From an uncultured Candidatus Saccharibacteria bacterium (GTDB lineage Bacteria; Patescibacteriota; Doudnabacteria; UBA920): 64,000 bases of DNA. The position numbers and the translations under genes are program-made. The stretch covers positions 122,505 to 186,504 of the forward strand of contig CAZEKH010000002.1 in NCBI GenBank assembly GCA_964512925.1, in the 5' to 3' direction. Shown here in pieces: positions 34,194-42,353 of this stretch (positions within the stretch are counted from its first letter, which is position 1; every line of letters starts with the position of its first letter). The notes beneath the pieces were generated by a model. The model saw nothing but the letters and a program-made list of their open reading frames with translations. It had not been told where the DNA came from and did not search any database.

Positions 34194-34625
34194 TTAAATA
34201 TTTAATATTTGGCAAGCTAACACCACTACATCTTCAGGCCGGCTTAAACGTTTATCCAAATGCCCACAAACCCCGACTGACATAATTTTTTTTAAGGTAG
34301 TATGACTTGCGTCAAAACCCAAAGTCATAATTTTTAACCGAGGAAAATTAGTTCTCAGATTTAACAAAAAATCTTCAGCTTCTTCGGGCTGCTTGGAAAA
34401 AAAATCCAAGCTTAATACTGCTAAAAACGGCTGTTTTTCCTTTATTGCCGGATGAATCGCATCCAGATTCGAGCAGGCATGGATTTGCATTTTTTTTTCG
34501 GCAAAATGCCTCTCGTATATGCCAAGCAAACTTGAAGACGGCTCTGCCACCAAAATCACTCCGGAAAAACCAGGGTTGGATATCAACTCGGAAATATCAA
34601 ATTTTTGTTTAAATATATACGCCAT
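34194..34625 (-). CDS. Stand-alone, probably degenerate CheY-like receiver domain protein
   Basis: Spacing of a receiver fold (ILVAEP..., LAVLSLD, IMTLG, K) but without the acidic DD pair. Sits between pilB and pilT. Confidence 0.45.
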   Translation of the reverse strand: MAYIFKQKFDISELISNPGFSGVILVAEPSSSLLGIYERHFAEKKMQIHACSNLDAIHPAIKEKQPFLAVLSLDFFSKQPEEAEDFLLNLRTNFPRLKIMTLGFDASHTTLKKIMSVGVCGHLDKRLSRPEDVVVLACQILNI

Positions 34626-34626
34626 A

Positions 34627-36378
34627 TTATTCCGTAGTTACTCTCATCACTTCGTCCAGAGTGGTCTCGCCCCGAATAATTTTTATTAAACCGTCCTGCT
34701 TCATTGTTATCATCCCCAAAGAAGCCGCGTGCTCGTACATTTTTCTTGAAGAAGATTTTGACAGCACTAATTCCTGTAGTTCAGCGTCAACTGGCAAAAC
34801 CTCATAAATGCCCATACGACCTGCATAACCTGAATTGCCGCATTTTTCACAGCCATGTCCTTTAAAAGTCTTTAGAGTCGCCATATCCAGTCCTTCCAAA
34901 TACTCGTCCGGAACCCCTTTGAGCCCGTCTCGGATTTCTTTTTCGATTCCAGGCAAAATCGGCACTTCCCCTCTGCAGTTAGAACAGATTTTTCTTACCA
35001 ATCTTTGAGCCATCACCACATTGATTGAGGAAGCGAGTAAAAAAGGTTCAATGCCCATATCAATCATTCTCGGCATCGCCCCAATGGAGTTATTGGTATG
35101 CAAAGTGGAAAATACCAAATGCCCGGTCAAGGCAGCGTGCACTGCCAGCTCAGCTGTTTCTTTGTCTCGAATTTCACCCACCATCACCACATTGGGATCT
35201 TGCCTAAGTATGCTCCGAAGACCGGCCGCAAAAGTCAGACCGATTTCCGGATTAATCTGGCTTTGATTTATCCCTTCAATAAAATATTCCACGGGGTCTT
35301 CCAAAGTGATAATGTTGACAGTCGGGGAATTTAAAATGGATAAAATTGCATAAAGCGTGGTAGATTTTCCGCTACCGGTCGGTCCGGTAATTAGAAAAAT
35401 ACCGTGAGTTTTTTTAATGTTTTCTTTTATCCATACCAAAGCGCGCCCGCGTATGCCCAGCTGTTCCAAAGTCGGAACCGAACCGGTCTTATCCAAAATA
35501 CGCATCACAATTTTTTCCCCGTAAATCAAAGGTAAAATGGAAACACGCAAATCAACGGATTTTTTTCCTACATCCATATGAAATCTTCCGTCTTGCGGCA
35601 ACCTGGATTCGTCAATTTTTAAATTGGATAAAATTTTAATTCTTGTAATAATCGCCGCGTGGACGTTTCTAGGCAACATCAAAGATGTATGCAAAATTCC
35701 ATCTATGCGGTATCTGACTCGCACATCTTTTTCCGAAGGTTCAATGTGTATATCTGAAGCATTACCCTCAATGGCATTAGTTAAAATAACTTCCACAATC
35801 TTTATAATCGGTGCTTCTTCAATGACCTGGGGAATATTGGATTTTTCAGCTTCCTGAGCAGACTTTAAACCCCCGCTTTCTTTGGTCTGAATATCTTTTA
35901 GAGCATCGCCCACTACTTTTTTTAGGTTCTTTTTCTTTCCGGAGGCAACTTCAACACCGCTCTCTGAGGCTAAATAAAGCTGAATTTGAAGATTTTGTTT
36001 TTGGCCCAAAAATTCCAAGGCTTCCAGAGCGGACAAATTTCCAGGGTTGGTTATGGCAACCTTTAAAATGCGGTCGCGATTTTCAAACGGAATAAAATTA
36101 TAAAAATTCACCGACTCCGGAGGAATGAGATTTAAAACAGCAGGAGGAATCGTAATTTGTTTTAAATCCACATAAGGTATGTTAAAAAAGGCGGCTTTAG
36201 CTTTGGCTAAATCCTCTTCTTCGATTATTTTTCGCGCAAGAAGCAGCTGGCTCACATTTTGTCCGGTTTCTTTTTCCAGCTTCTCCAGCTGTAAAATCGT
36301 ATCCTCGCTGACAAAACCATTGCTGACTAAAAATTGCCCGAAAGTTTGCGCTACGTTAGTTTTAGCAGCGGTTTCCAT
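34627..36378 (-). CDS. pilB: Type IV pilus assembly ATPase (GspE family) with an N-terminal GSPII_E_N domain and tetracysteine motif
   Basis: Walker A ITGPTGSGKST and CSNC...CEKC. Confidence 0.9.
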   Translation of the reverse strand: METAAKTNVAQTFGQFLVSNGFVSEDTILQLEKLEKETGQNVSQLLLARKIIEEEDLAKAKAAFFNIPYVDLKQITIPPAVLNLIPPESVNFYNFIPFENRDRILKVAITNPGNLSALEALEFLGQKQNLQIQLYLASESGVEVASGKKKNLKKVVGDALKDIQTKESGGLKSAQEAEKSNIPQVIEEAPIIKIVEVILTNAIEGNASDIHIEPSEKDVRVRYRIDGILHTSLMLPRNVHAAIITRIKILSNLKIDESRLPQDGRFHMDVGKKSVDLRVSILPLIYGEKIVMRILDKTGSVPTLEQLGIRGRALVWIKENIKKTHGIFLITGPTGSGKSTTLYAILSILNSPTVNIITLEDPVEYFIEGINQSQINPEIGLTFAAGLRSILRQDPNVVMVGEIRDKETAELAVHAALTGHLVFSTLHTNNSIGAMPRMIDMGIEPFLLASSINVVMAQRLVRKICSNCRGEVPILPGIEKEIRDGLKGVPDEYLEGLDMATLKTFKGHGCEKCGNSGYAGRMGIYEVLPVDAELQELVLSKSSSRKMYEHAASLGMITMKQDGLIKIIRGETTLDEVMRVTTE

Positions 36379-36386
36379 AAGCTTTT

Positions 36387-36683
36387 TTATTTAATCTCGT
36401 CTTCAAACGGGATCACCAAATCCTGCTCAGCAGTTCCCAAATCATTATCTAAGTCAATTTTAGGAAAATTGACTTGTTTAAAATTAAAAGAAGAATTTTT
36501 AAAAGCTTTATCTATATCAAAAGACGCTCCTTGGGGCAAAATTTCCTCATTTTGTACATTTGCCCCTTCCGTTGCCAGCTCTGGAGCGCTGCCGCCCTGA
36601 AAAAGACCCTTATACAAAACTATGCCGCTGATCAAAAAACATACGGCAATAACTAGAATTTGAATGATATTTTTTTTCTGCAT
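36387..36683 (-). CDS. Small membrane-anchored protein in the pilus operon (PilP-like position)
   Basis: One N-terminal TM helix and 98 aa. The position between pilO and pilB is the only support. Confidence 0.4.
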   Translation of the reverse strand: MQKKNIIQILVIAVCFLISGIVLYKGLFQGGSAPELATEGANVQNEEILPQGASFDIDKAFKNSSFNFKQVNFPKIDLDNDLGTAEQDLVIPFEDEIK

Positions 36684-36695
36684 AACATTTTGTTG

Positions 36696-37325
36696 TTAGG
36701 GGGCGAAATAATAAGTTTTAAAATTAATCCTAAGCCCTAACTGCCCTTTCCCGGAAGGTGTCATATCCATCCCTGTGATATCCATCAGCCTGCCGGAGTT
36801 TTCTATTTTCTGAAGGAATGATTTGAGTTGAAAAAAATCTCCATAAGCATTGACATTGCAAGATAAAGTTTTCAAAGTTCTCTTGGCATAAAACGGATCA
36901 GTGATAATTTTTTGATCATTGCCATACACCTGCTCTTCTTTGGCAGTAACCGCCACATCGCCTACAGTCACACCTGACTCATTTGCCAAGTTTTGTACTA
37001 AAATTTGAACTTTTGTCCGACGACTGTCTAAAGGCAAGGCTTCGTCTAACATTGCCAACTCAGCGGGAAATTTGCCCATCTTGGCAATCAATCCTTTTAA
37101 AGAAGCCGTTTGCGCCTGGATAGTCCCGCGTTCCTTGACTAAAACTGCCAATTCCGCGCGCTTTTCAGCCAATTCCGCGCGCTTAGGCTTGATCATAAAC
37201 CAAAAAAACAACGCAATAAAAATCAAAACCGCCAGAATTTGAATATTCGTGGATTTAAAAGATCTAACTTCCACGGAAGTTGCAGATTCTTTAGCCGAAC
37301 TTTTTGGCAGGTTAAAATTCATCAT
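36696..37325 (-). CDS. pilO: Type IV pilus assembly protein PilO-like
   Basis: TM helix, coiled coil (AELAEKRAELAVL) and a periplasmic domain. Gene order pilM-N-O. Confidence 0.6.
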   Translation of the reverse strand: MMNFNLPKSSAKESATSVEVRSFKSTNIQILAVLIFIALFFWFMIKPKRAELAEKRAELAVLVKERGTIQAQTASLKGLIAKMGKFPAELAMLDEALPLDSRRTKVQILVQNLANESGVTVGDVAVTAKEEQVYGNDQKIITDPFYAKRTLKTLSCNVNAYGDFFQLKSFLQKIENSGRLMDITGMDMTPSGKGQLGLRINFKTYYFAP

Positions 37326-37333
37326 ATAAAAAT

Positions 37334-37921
37334 TTATTTGCTTGGCTGGGCAACAAGCCCCTCTTTTCTCAAAATCTGGGAATTAAAATTCATTCTAAAA
37401 TTTACATTTAAATTGCTCTGTCCCAACTTTTCAATTTTATTGATAGCCCCGATTTTAACATTTGAAAAGCTTCGCATAAACTCTAAAGTGTCAAAAAGCT
37501 GGAGCAATTTGTCCAATTCCTGGTTATCTTTCAAATTCACGCTCAAAGCCAAACTGCCATCCTCAGCAACCCGGATATACAAATAATGCGACCCTTTAAT
37601 GCTGAGGTCTGCGATAGCCTTAAAAAAATTGGAAAAATATGGATGCGAAGCGCTGAGATTTTGATAGGCTTTCAGCTGTCCCTGCCTGGATAAAAATTCT
37701 TTCCGCTGGGCCATATTTAAAGCCAGCTTTTTTTCCTGTGCCACCGCGGCTTTGGTTTTCGGAATTTCATTTGTTACTTTTTTTGTATCTAAAAATATCC
37801 AGAGATAATAAGCCACAAACAGCAAGGCAATAAAAGAAACTATTTTTAGTCCGGAGCCCCGGATTTTTAAAAATAAGTCTTCAGTCGAGCTTTTTTGTTT
37901 TAATAAATTGATTTGTGCCAC
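37334..37921 (-). CDS. pilN: Type IV pilus assembly protein PilN-like
   Basis: MAQINLL N-terminus and a single TM helix. Directly follows pilM. Confidence 0.65.
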   Translation of the reverse strand: MAQINLLKQKSSTEDLFLKIRGSGLKIVSFIALLFVAYYLWIFLDTKKVTNEIPKTKAAVAQEKKLALNMAQRKEFLSRQGQLKAYQNLSASHPYFSNFFKAIADLSIKGSHYLYIRVAEDGSLALSVNLKDNQELDKLLQLFDTLEFMRSFSNVKIGAINKIEKLGQSNLNVNFRMNFNSQILRKEGLVAQPSK

Positions 37922-37947
37922 AAAATTTTGATTTCTTTATTTTGAAA

Positions 37948-38976
37948 TTATTCTGCTCTTAAAGCGAGGCCGATTGCCACAGGTAAATTGCGGGAATAAC
38001 GTTTTAAAACCTGCTCGGCTGAGACTGAAAACGCCACATTTTTCAACGGATTGCCCAATTCCACTGGCATTTTCAGATCCGCAAAAAAATCAATAATGCC
38101 TGGCATATTGCTTCCGCCGCCAGCCAAAATTACCTTATCTAAGCGGATATCCTGCGATACATAAATCGTTAACAGCTGCTTTACCTCATTTTTCACAATA
38201 TTTAACACCGGCTTAACCGCTTCGGGGATAAAAGAAGGGCCATTGATGCCAAAATCTTTCTTAAACTGTTCGGCTCGGCTATGATTTATTCCTAAAGTTT
38301 CTGCAATTTTTGAAGTAATGGTTTCTCCTCCCACATTCAGATTGCGACTCAATTTTAAAACTCCATTTTCAATAATATTCAAACCAGTACTCTTGGCGCC
38401 TATATCTATTATAACACAATTTATCTTTTCTCCCCCGATCAGACTGCGGATTAAAGCCAAAGCTTCAATCTCAGCCGCCTCAGGATGCAAACCAGATATT
38501 TCAAAAAGCTTGCTATAATTCTCTTTAATCTGCTTAGGCACGGCAATCAGCAGAATTTTTTGGCTGGATGTTTGCGCATTTGTATCTGTAACAGTCCAAG
38601 ACAAGTCTATTTCATCCAATGCCAATGGCACGTATTTTTTGGCTTCATACTCCACAGCCCCGTCAAGCTCTTTATCGTTCATCATCGGCAGTTCAATCAC
38701 TGAAGAGAAAACCGCGCTATTGGGAAAACTAATCACAGATCTTTGAGCGCTGATACCCGCTTTTTTTATAAGGGATTTGATCAACTCTGCCATCCTGGCT
38801 AAAGATTCCGGATCGTTTTTTCCGCTTAAAGCTTCCGGAATATTGACTATCCCATAACTCTCCAAAACCCTCTCTCCCGAAGACTTCTGTCCCACCTGGG
38901 CGAGTTTAATGCTGGAGGTTCCGATATCAACCCCTAAAACAGAGCTATGTTTTTTAAACAAACCGGCTAAAAACAT
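37948..38976 (-). CDS. pilM: Type IV pilus assembly protein PilM (actin-like ATPase)
   Basis: VLGVDIGTSSIKLAQV phosphate-1 motif of FtsA/PilM. Confidence 0.85.
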   Translation of the reverse strand: MFLAGLFKKHSSVLGVDIGTSSIKLAQVGQKSSGERVLESYGIVNIPEALSGKNDPESLARMAELIKSLIKKAGISAQRSVISFPNSAVFSSVIELPMMNDKELDGAVEYEAKKYVPLALDEIDLSWTVTDTNAQTSSQKILLIAVPKQIKENYSKLFEISGLHPEAAEIEALALIRSLIGGEKINCVIIDIGAKSTGLNIIENGVLKLSRNLNVGGETITSKIAETLGINHSRAEQFKKDFGINGPSFIPEAVKPVLNIVKNEVKQLLTIYVSQDIRLDKVILAGGGSNMPGIIDFFADLKMPVELGNPLKNVAFSVSAEQVLKRYSRNLPVAIGLALRAE

Positions 38977-39108
38977 TTTAAGATAAGATGAATATTTTTT
39001 TTAGTTTCTGAAACTGAATTTTACCTTTAAATCATAATATATTTTTGCCTTATTGTCAAAAAATCCCCTTGCGGGGATAAGTCTGTTTGTCTTTTTTTAA
39101 TATATAAA

Positions 39109-39184
39109 TGGTGGACCCTACCGGGCTCGAACCGGTCACCCCCACATTGCAAATGTGGTGCTCTACCAAATGAGCTAAGGGCCC
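39109..39184 (-). tRNA. tRNA-Ala (anticodon TGC)
   Basis: The reverse complement GGGCCCTTAGCTCA...TTTGCAA...GGTTCGAGCCC...CCACCA folds as a cloverleaf with the G3:U70 identity pair and an encoded CCA. Confidence 0.9.
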
Positions 39185-39214
39185 TAATCATTCTGAATTA
39201 AATGCTCAATATGA

Positions 39215-39439
39215 CTATACGGCTCCCGAAGGGAGCATATTAAACAACCATAAAACCGACAACACACACATCGCAAAGCCAAAAAGTTTCCACCAAGTAT
39301 AAGTTCCGGAAGCCATCCCGCCACCAAGATATTTTTCAGCAAAATCAATCTTTCCGGTAATTTGATCAGTCAAATATACCGCATATTTCATAAGCAGAAT
39401 ACCGGCTGCAAATAAAAGTGGGGAAAAAATGAAGCGCAT
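39215..39439 (-). CDS. Small hydrophobic ORF between the two tRNAs
   Basis: 74 aa with two predicted TM helices. No other support. Confidence 0.3.
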   Translation of the reverse strand: MRFIFSPLLFAAGILLMKYAVYLTDQITGKIDFAEKYLGGGMASGTYTWWKLFGFAMCVLSVLWLFNMLPSGAV

Positions 39440-39488
39440 ACTTTATTTTAACTGCTTAACATTTACAATTTTTACTCTTTGACCGTTA

Positions 39489-39565
39489 TGGTGGGCGTAC
39501 CAAGATTCGAACTTGGGACCTCGTCATTATCAGTGACGCGCTCTAACCAACTGAGCTATACGCCC
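39489..39565 (-). tRNA. tRNA-Ile (anticodon GAT)
   Basis: The reverse complement GGGCGTATAGCTCAGTTGGTTAGAGC...CTGATAA...GGTTCGAATC...CCACCA. Encoded CCA. Confidence 0.9.
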
Positions 39566-39674
39566 TAAAACCTTTTGACAATAAAGCAATTCTAACAAAT
39601 ATGGCTTATTTTGACAATAGAAAAGGACTCAAAATTTTTGAATATTTAACCATAAATGCTACAATATCAGCATT

Positions 39675-41426
39675 ATGCTCAATACTTTAACGAAAATAAA
39701 TACCAATATCCTTAGAGAAATTGAAGACGAAAAAACCCTGCGCCAAACTTCGGAGGTGTTCTTGCTATTTTCTATGGGCAGCCAGTTTGACCACCTCATA
39801 AAGCAAAAGTTAGATGCTTTAGGTGTTTTTTGTTTAGTGGCAGACCCAGCTAAAATAACCGCCGTAGATGTTAAAAAACTCCGACCGATGGGTATAATCC
39901 TCTCCGGCGGCCCTGCTTCTGCTTACGAATACCCGCCTTTTGACGGAAAAATTTTTGATCTGGGCATTCCGGTTTTTGGCATTTGCCTGGGTTTTCAGAT
40001 GTGGGCTTACCATATCGGGGTCAAAGTCAGTCTCTCAGACAAGCGCGAATTCGGCACCCATAGTTTTTCATTATTTCCCTCCCCAGGCGTGGGGAGGGTG
40101 CCCGTAGGGCGGGAGAGGTCGAACGTGAAAAACCTAAATAATAATTTACTTTTCTCCTCTCTCCCCAAAACTTTCAATGTCCTGGAAAGCCACGGCGACA
40201 AGATCGCGGCAGACAAAAAGCTAACTCTCCTTGGCGCTACGGACAATGCCCCAGCTTCCGCCGCCCAATACAAACATCTTTTTGGCGTACAGTTCCACCC
40301 GGAAGTTACGGAAACCGAATATGGGGACAAGATTTTTGAAAATTTTGTGTTTAAAATCTGCAAAGCCAAGGACCGCTTTCCGGCCAAGTCCGAAGCGGTT
40401 AAAAAAATTGAAGCCCTCAAAAAACAAATTGCCGGCAAAAAAATCCTGCTTGCCCTTTCCGGCGGCACCGACTCCTCTGTGGTTGCCTATCTTCTAAAAC
40501 ACGCAGCTCGCGTTAACCCCCCCTCTTTTTTAAAGAGGGCGCAGGTGGGAGTTAAAATTCAAGCAATTTATATCAAAGGCATAGACCGCCCGGACGACGA
40601 AAAAAATGTCCTAAAATATTTTGGCAAACAAAAATGGATCTCGCTAAAGATAGTTGATGCTAGCAAAGAGTTTCTAACAGCCTTAAAGGGTAAAACTCAA
40701 ATGCACGAAAAGCGTCTGGCTATGAGAGCGGTCTATAAAAAAATTCTGGAAGGAGAATGTAAAAAAATTAAGGCAGACTATTTAGCCCAGGGCACGCTTT
40801 ATACGGACATTTCGGAAAGCGGACACGGCTACAGCACGGGCGCAAAAAAAGCCCAGATCAAGCTACACCACAATGTTAATTTAAATTTTAATATCCCGGA
40901 ACTTTGCCCGCTTCTCGACTGTGTCAAAGACACAGCCAGAAACATTGGCCGGGAAATTGGAGTGTCCGAAGAACTTTTGGTTCGCCATCCTTTCCCAGGT
41001 CCAGGGTTGATAGTGCGCATAGAAGGCGAAGTAACCAAAGAAAAACTGGAAGTTGCCAGGAAGATTGACGGCATATATATAGAAGAGCTAAAAAAATATA
41101 AATTATCCCCTCCTAATATAGGAGGGGTGTCCCCCAGGGGGGGACGGGGTGGTATGCGCCACACCCTCTACGACGAGATCTGGCAGGCCGGCGCAGTGGT
41201 AACCGCTTCCCAAGTTACCTGCACCAAAGGCGACGGCGCCGCAGAGGGGCACCTGGTTGCTCTATGGGCTGTCTGGTCGGTTAACGGCTTTACTGCCAGA
41301 GCCGCAGAACTTCCGTATGAATTTTTAAAAAAAGTCGCCCAAAGAATAACAAACGAAGTAAGGGAAGTCGGAGGTGTAGTATACCGTATAAGTGATAAAC
41401 CACCCGTCACTATAGAATGGGGATAA
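39675..41426 (+). CDS. guaA: GMP synthase (glutamine-hydrolysing), carrying three in-frame palindromic-element insertions
   Basis: GATase domain (GICLGFQ, HPE), ATP-PPase SGGTDSS and the C-terminal dimerisation domain. 583 aa against a typical ~520 aa. The extra G/P/R-rich peptides coincide with the elements at 40077, 40514 and 41106. Confidence 0.9.
   Translation: MLNTLTKINTNILREIEDEKTLRQTSEVFLLFSMGSQFDHLIKQKLDALGVFCLVADPAKITAVDVKKLRPMGIILSGGPASAYEYPPFDGKIFDLGIPVFGICLGFQMWAYHIGVKVSLSDKREFGTHSFSLFPSPGVGRVPVGRERSNVKNLNNNLLFSSLPKTFNVLESHGDKIAADKKLTLLGATDNAPASAAQYKHLFGVQFHPEVTETEYGDKIFENFVFKICKAKDRFPAKSEAVKKIEALKKQIAGKKILLALSGGTDSSVVAYLLKHAARVNPPSFLKRAQVGVKIQAIYIKGIDRPDDEKNVLKYFGKQKWISLKIVDASKEFLTALKGKTQMHEKRLAMRAVYKKILEGECKKIKADYLAQGTLYTDISESGHGYSTGAKKAQIKLHHNVNLNFNIPELCPLLDCVKDTARNIGREIGVSEELLVRHPFPGPGLIVRIEGEVTKEKLEVARKIDGIYIEELKKYKLSPPNIGGVSPRGGRGGMRHTLYDEIWQAGAVVTASQVTCTKGDGAAEGHLVALWAVWSVNGFTARAAELPYEFLKKVAQRITNEVREVGGVVYRISDKPPVTIEWG
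40077..40122. repeat. GC-rich palindromic element, copy C, in frame in the guaA GATase domain
   Basis: ccctcccca-ggcg-tggggaggg tg cccgtagggc gggagaggtcg. Encodes PSPGVGRVPVGRER. Confidence 0.7.
40514..40552. repeat. GC-rich hairpin insertion in the guaA ATP-PPase domain (ccccctcttt-ttt-aaagagggcg caggtgggag)
   Basis: Encodes RVNPPSFLKRAQVG, which is absent from the canonical GuaA sequence between the SGGVDSS motif and the next beta-strand. Confidence 0.55.
41106..41153. repeat. GC-rich dual-hairpin element, copy D, in frame near the guaA C-terminus
   Basis: cccctcct-aatata-ggagggg tg tccccc-a-ggggggga cggggtgg. Encodes SPPNIGGVSPRGGRGG. Confidence 0.65.
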
Positions 41427-41458
41427 CATAACAAACCTCCGGCTTGCCCTCCGAAGCT

Positions 41459-41863
41459 TTATTGACCGTCCGTAGCTTTACGCGAAGGAGGTAGCGTAGG
41501 AGGGTTACGATTGAATGGGGGTAGGATTTTGTTTTTTATATAAATAAAACTAACCGGACAGATCGAAAAAATCTGTCCGGTTTTTTTGCCGCTCATCGTC
41601 CCCAGCTTTCCCGTTTCCCGTACTCGAAGGCCCGAAAGTTCAATCCTTACCCCAGGTTTTCTCTTTGCTCTTTGACAGGCAACTTGAATTTGCTTCAAGT
41701 CAACATTAAAGCCATAACTTACTACCAACACCAAGGTAACACCGTGGTCTGTACAGACGACGCTTCCAACCCGGGTGATGGCTTCTCCCTTTACTTCATA
41801 TACTATGAAAGAACCACCTTCAAACGCAAGCTCAAACCTAATACGATCCACTGGGTAATGCAT
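41459..41863 (-). CDS. Hypothetical small protein; could instead be part of a structured non-coding region
   Basis: Perfect SD (AAGGAGG) 5 nt before the ATG, in GC-rich DNA. However, the ORF reads through the guaA terminator hairpin and has no recognisable family. Confidence 0.25.
   Translation of the reverse strand: MHYPVDRIRFELAFEGGSFIVYEVKGEAITRVGSVVCTDHGVTLVLVVSYGFNVDLKQIQVACQRAKRKPGVRIELSGLRVRETGKLGTMSGKKTGQIFSICPVSFIYIKNKILPPFNRNPPTLPPSRKATDGQ
41555..41587 (+). terminator. Rho-independent terminator of guaA
   Basis: ccggacagat-cgaaaaaa-atctgtccgg followed by TTTTTTT. Confidence 0.8.
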
Positions 41864-42353
41864 ACACCCTCCTTCTTTTTCAGCAACGTTTTTTGTGCTG
41901 GCCTTTTTCGGGTTTAAAAAACCAAAAAAGGCCAAAACAAAACCCCGGACAAAGTCCGGGGTGTCTAAATTTTTATTTAGTACACTTAAACAGGACTTTG
42001 CGCTCGCAAAGCCCATCCCCAAACACCCAATTGTATTTTTCTCATTGCATTCATACGTATATATTATACCTCTTACAAAAACCTGTCAAAACAAACCCAA
42101 AACACCTTTCACTCATAAAAATTCCGTTTTTTGCTAGAATAGACTGCGTTAGTAGAAAAATACTTTCCGTTCCTATAAGTTTTTTTTGTTTGCATCCAGA
42201 GGTTTCAAAAGGCAAATCAAGGGGCGTCGAAATTTGCGGCGCCCCTTGATCCGCAATCTCGTATTTTTCGATCCAAAGCTTGTAATTTTAAATCCGTGAC
42301 AAAATGTCACGACCTCTCTTCCCGCTTCAATTATAAGACTTAATTTTATTTAA

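Noticed and set aside
34627-36378. Multiple short plus-strand ORFs inside pilB (35021-35334)
   Set aside because: Antisense to a strongly supported ATPase gene. Artefacts of GC-skewed codons.
41893-42249. 118-aa and 80-aa plus-strand ORFs in the GC-rich region
   Set aside because: No RBS, low-complexity P/S/K-rich translation, and they overlap strong hairpins. Judged non-coding.
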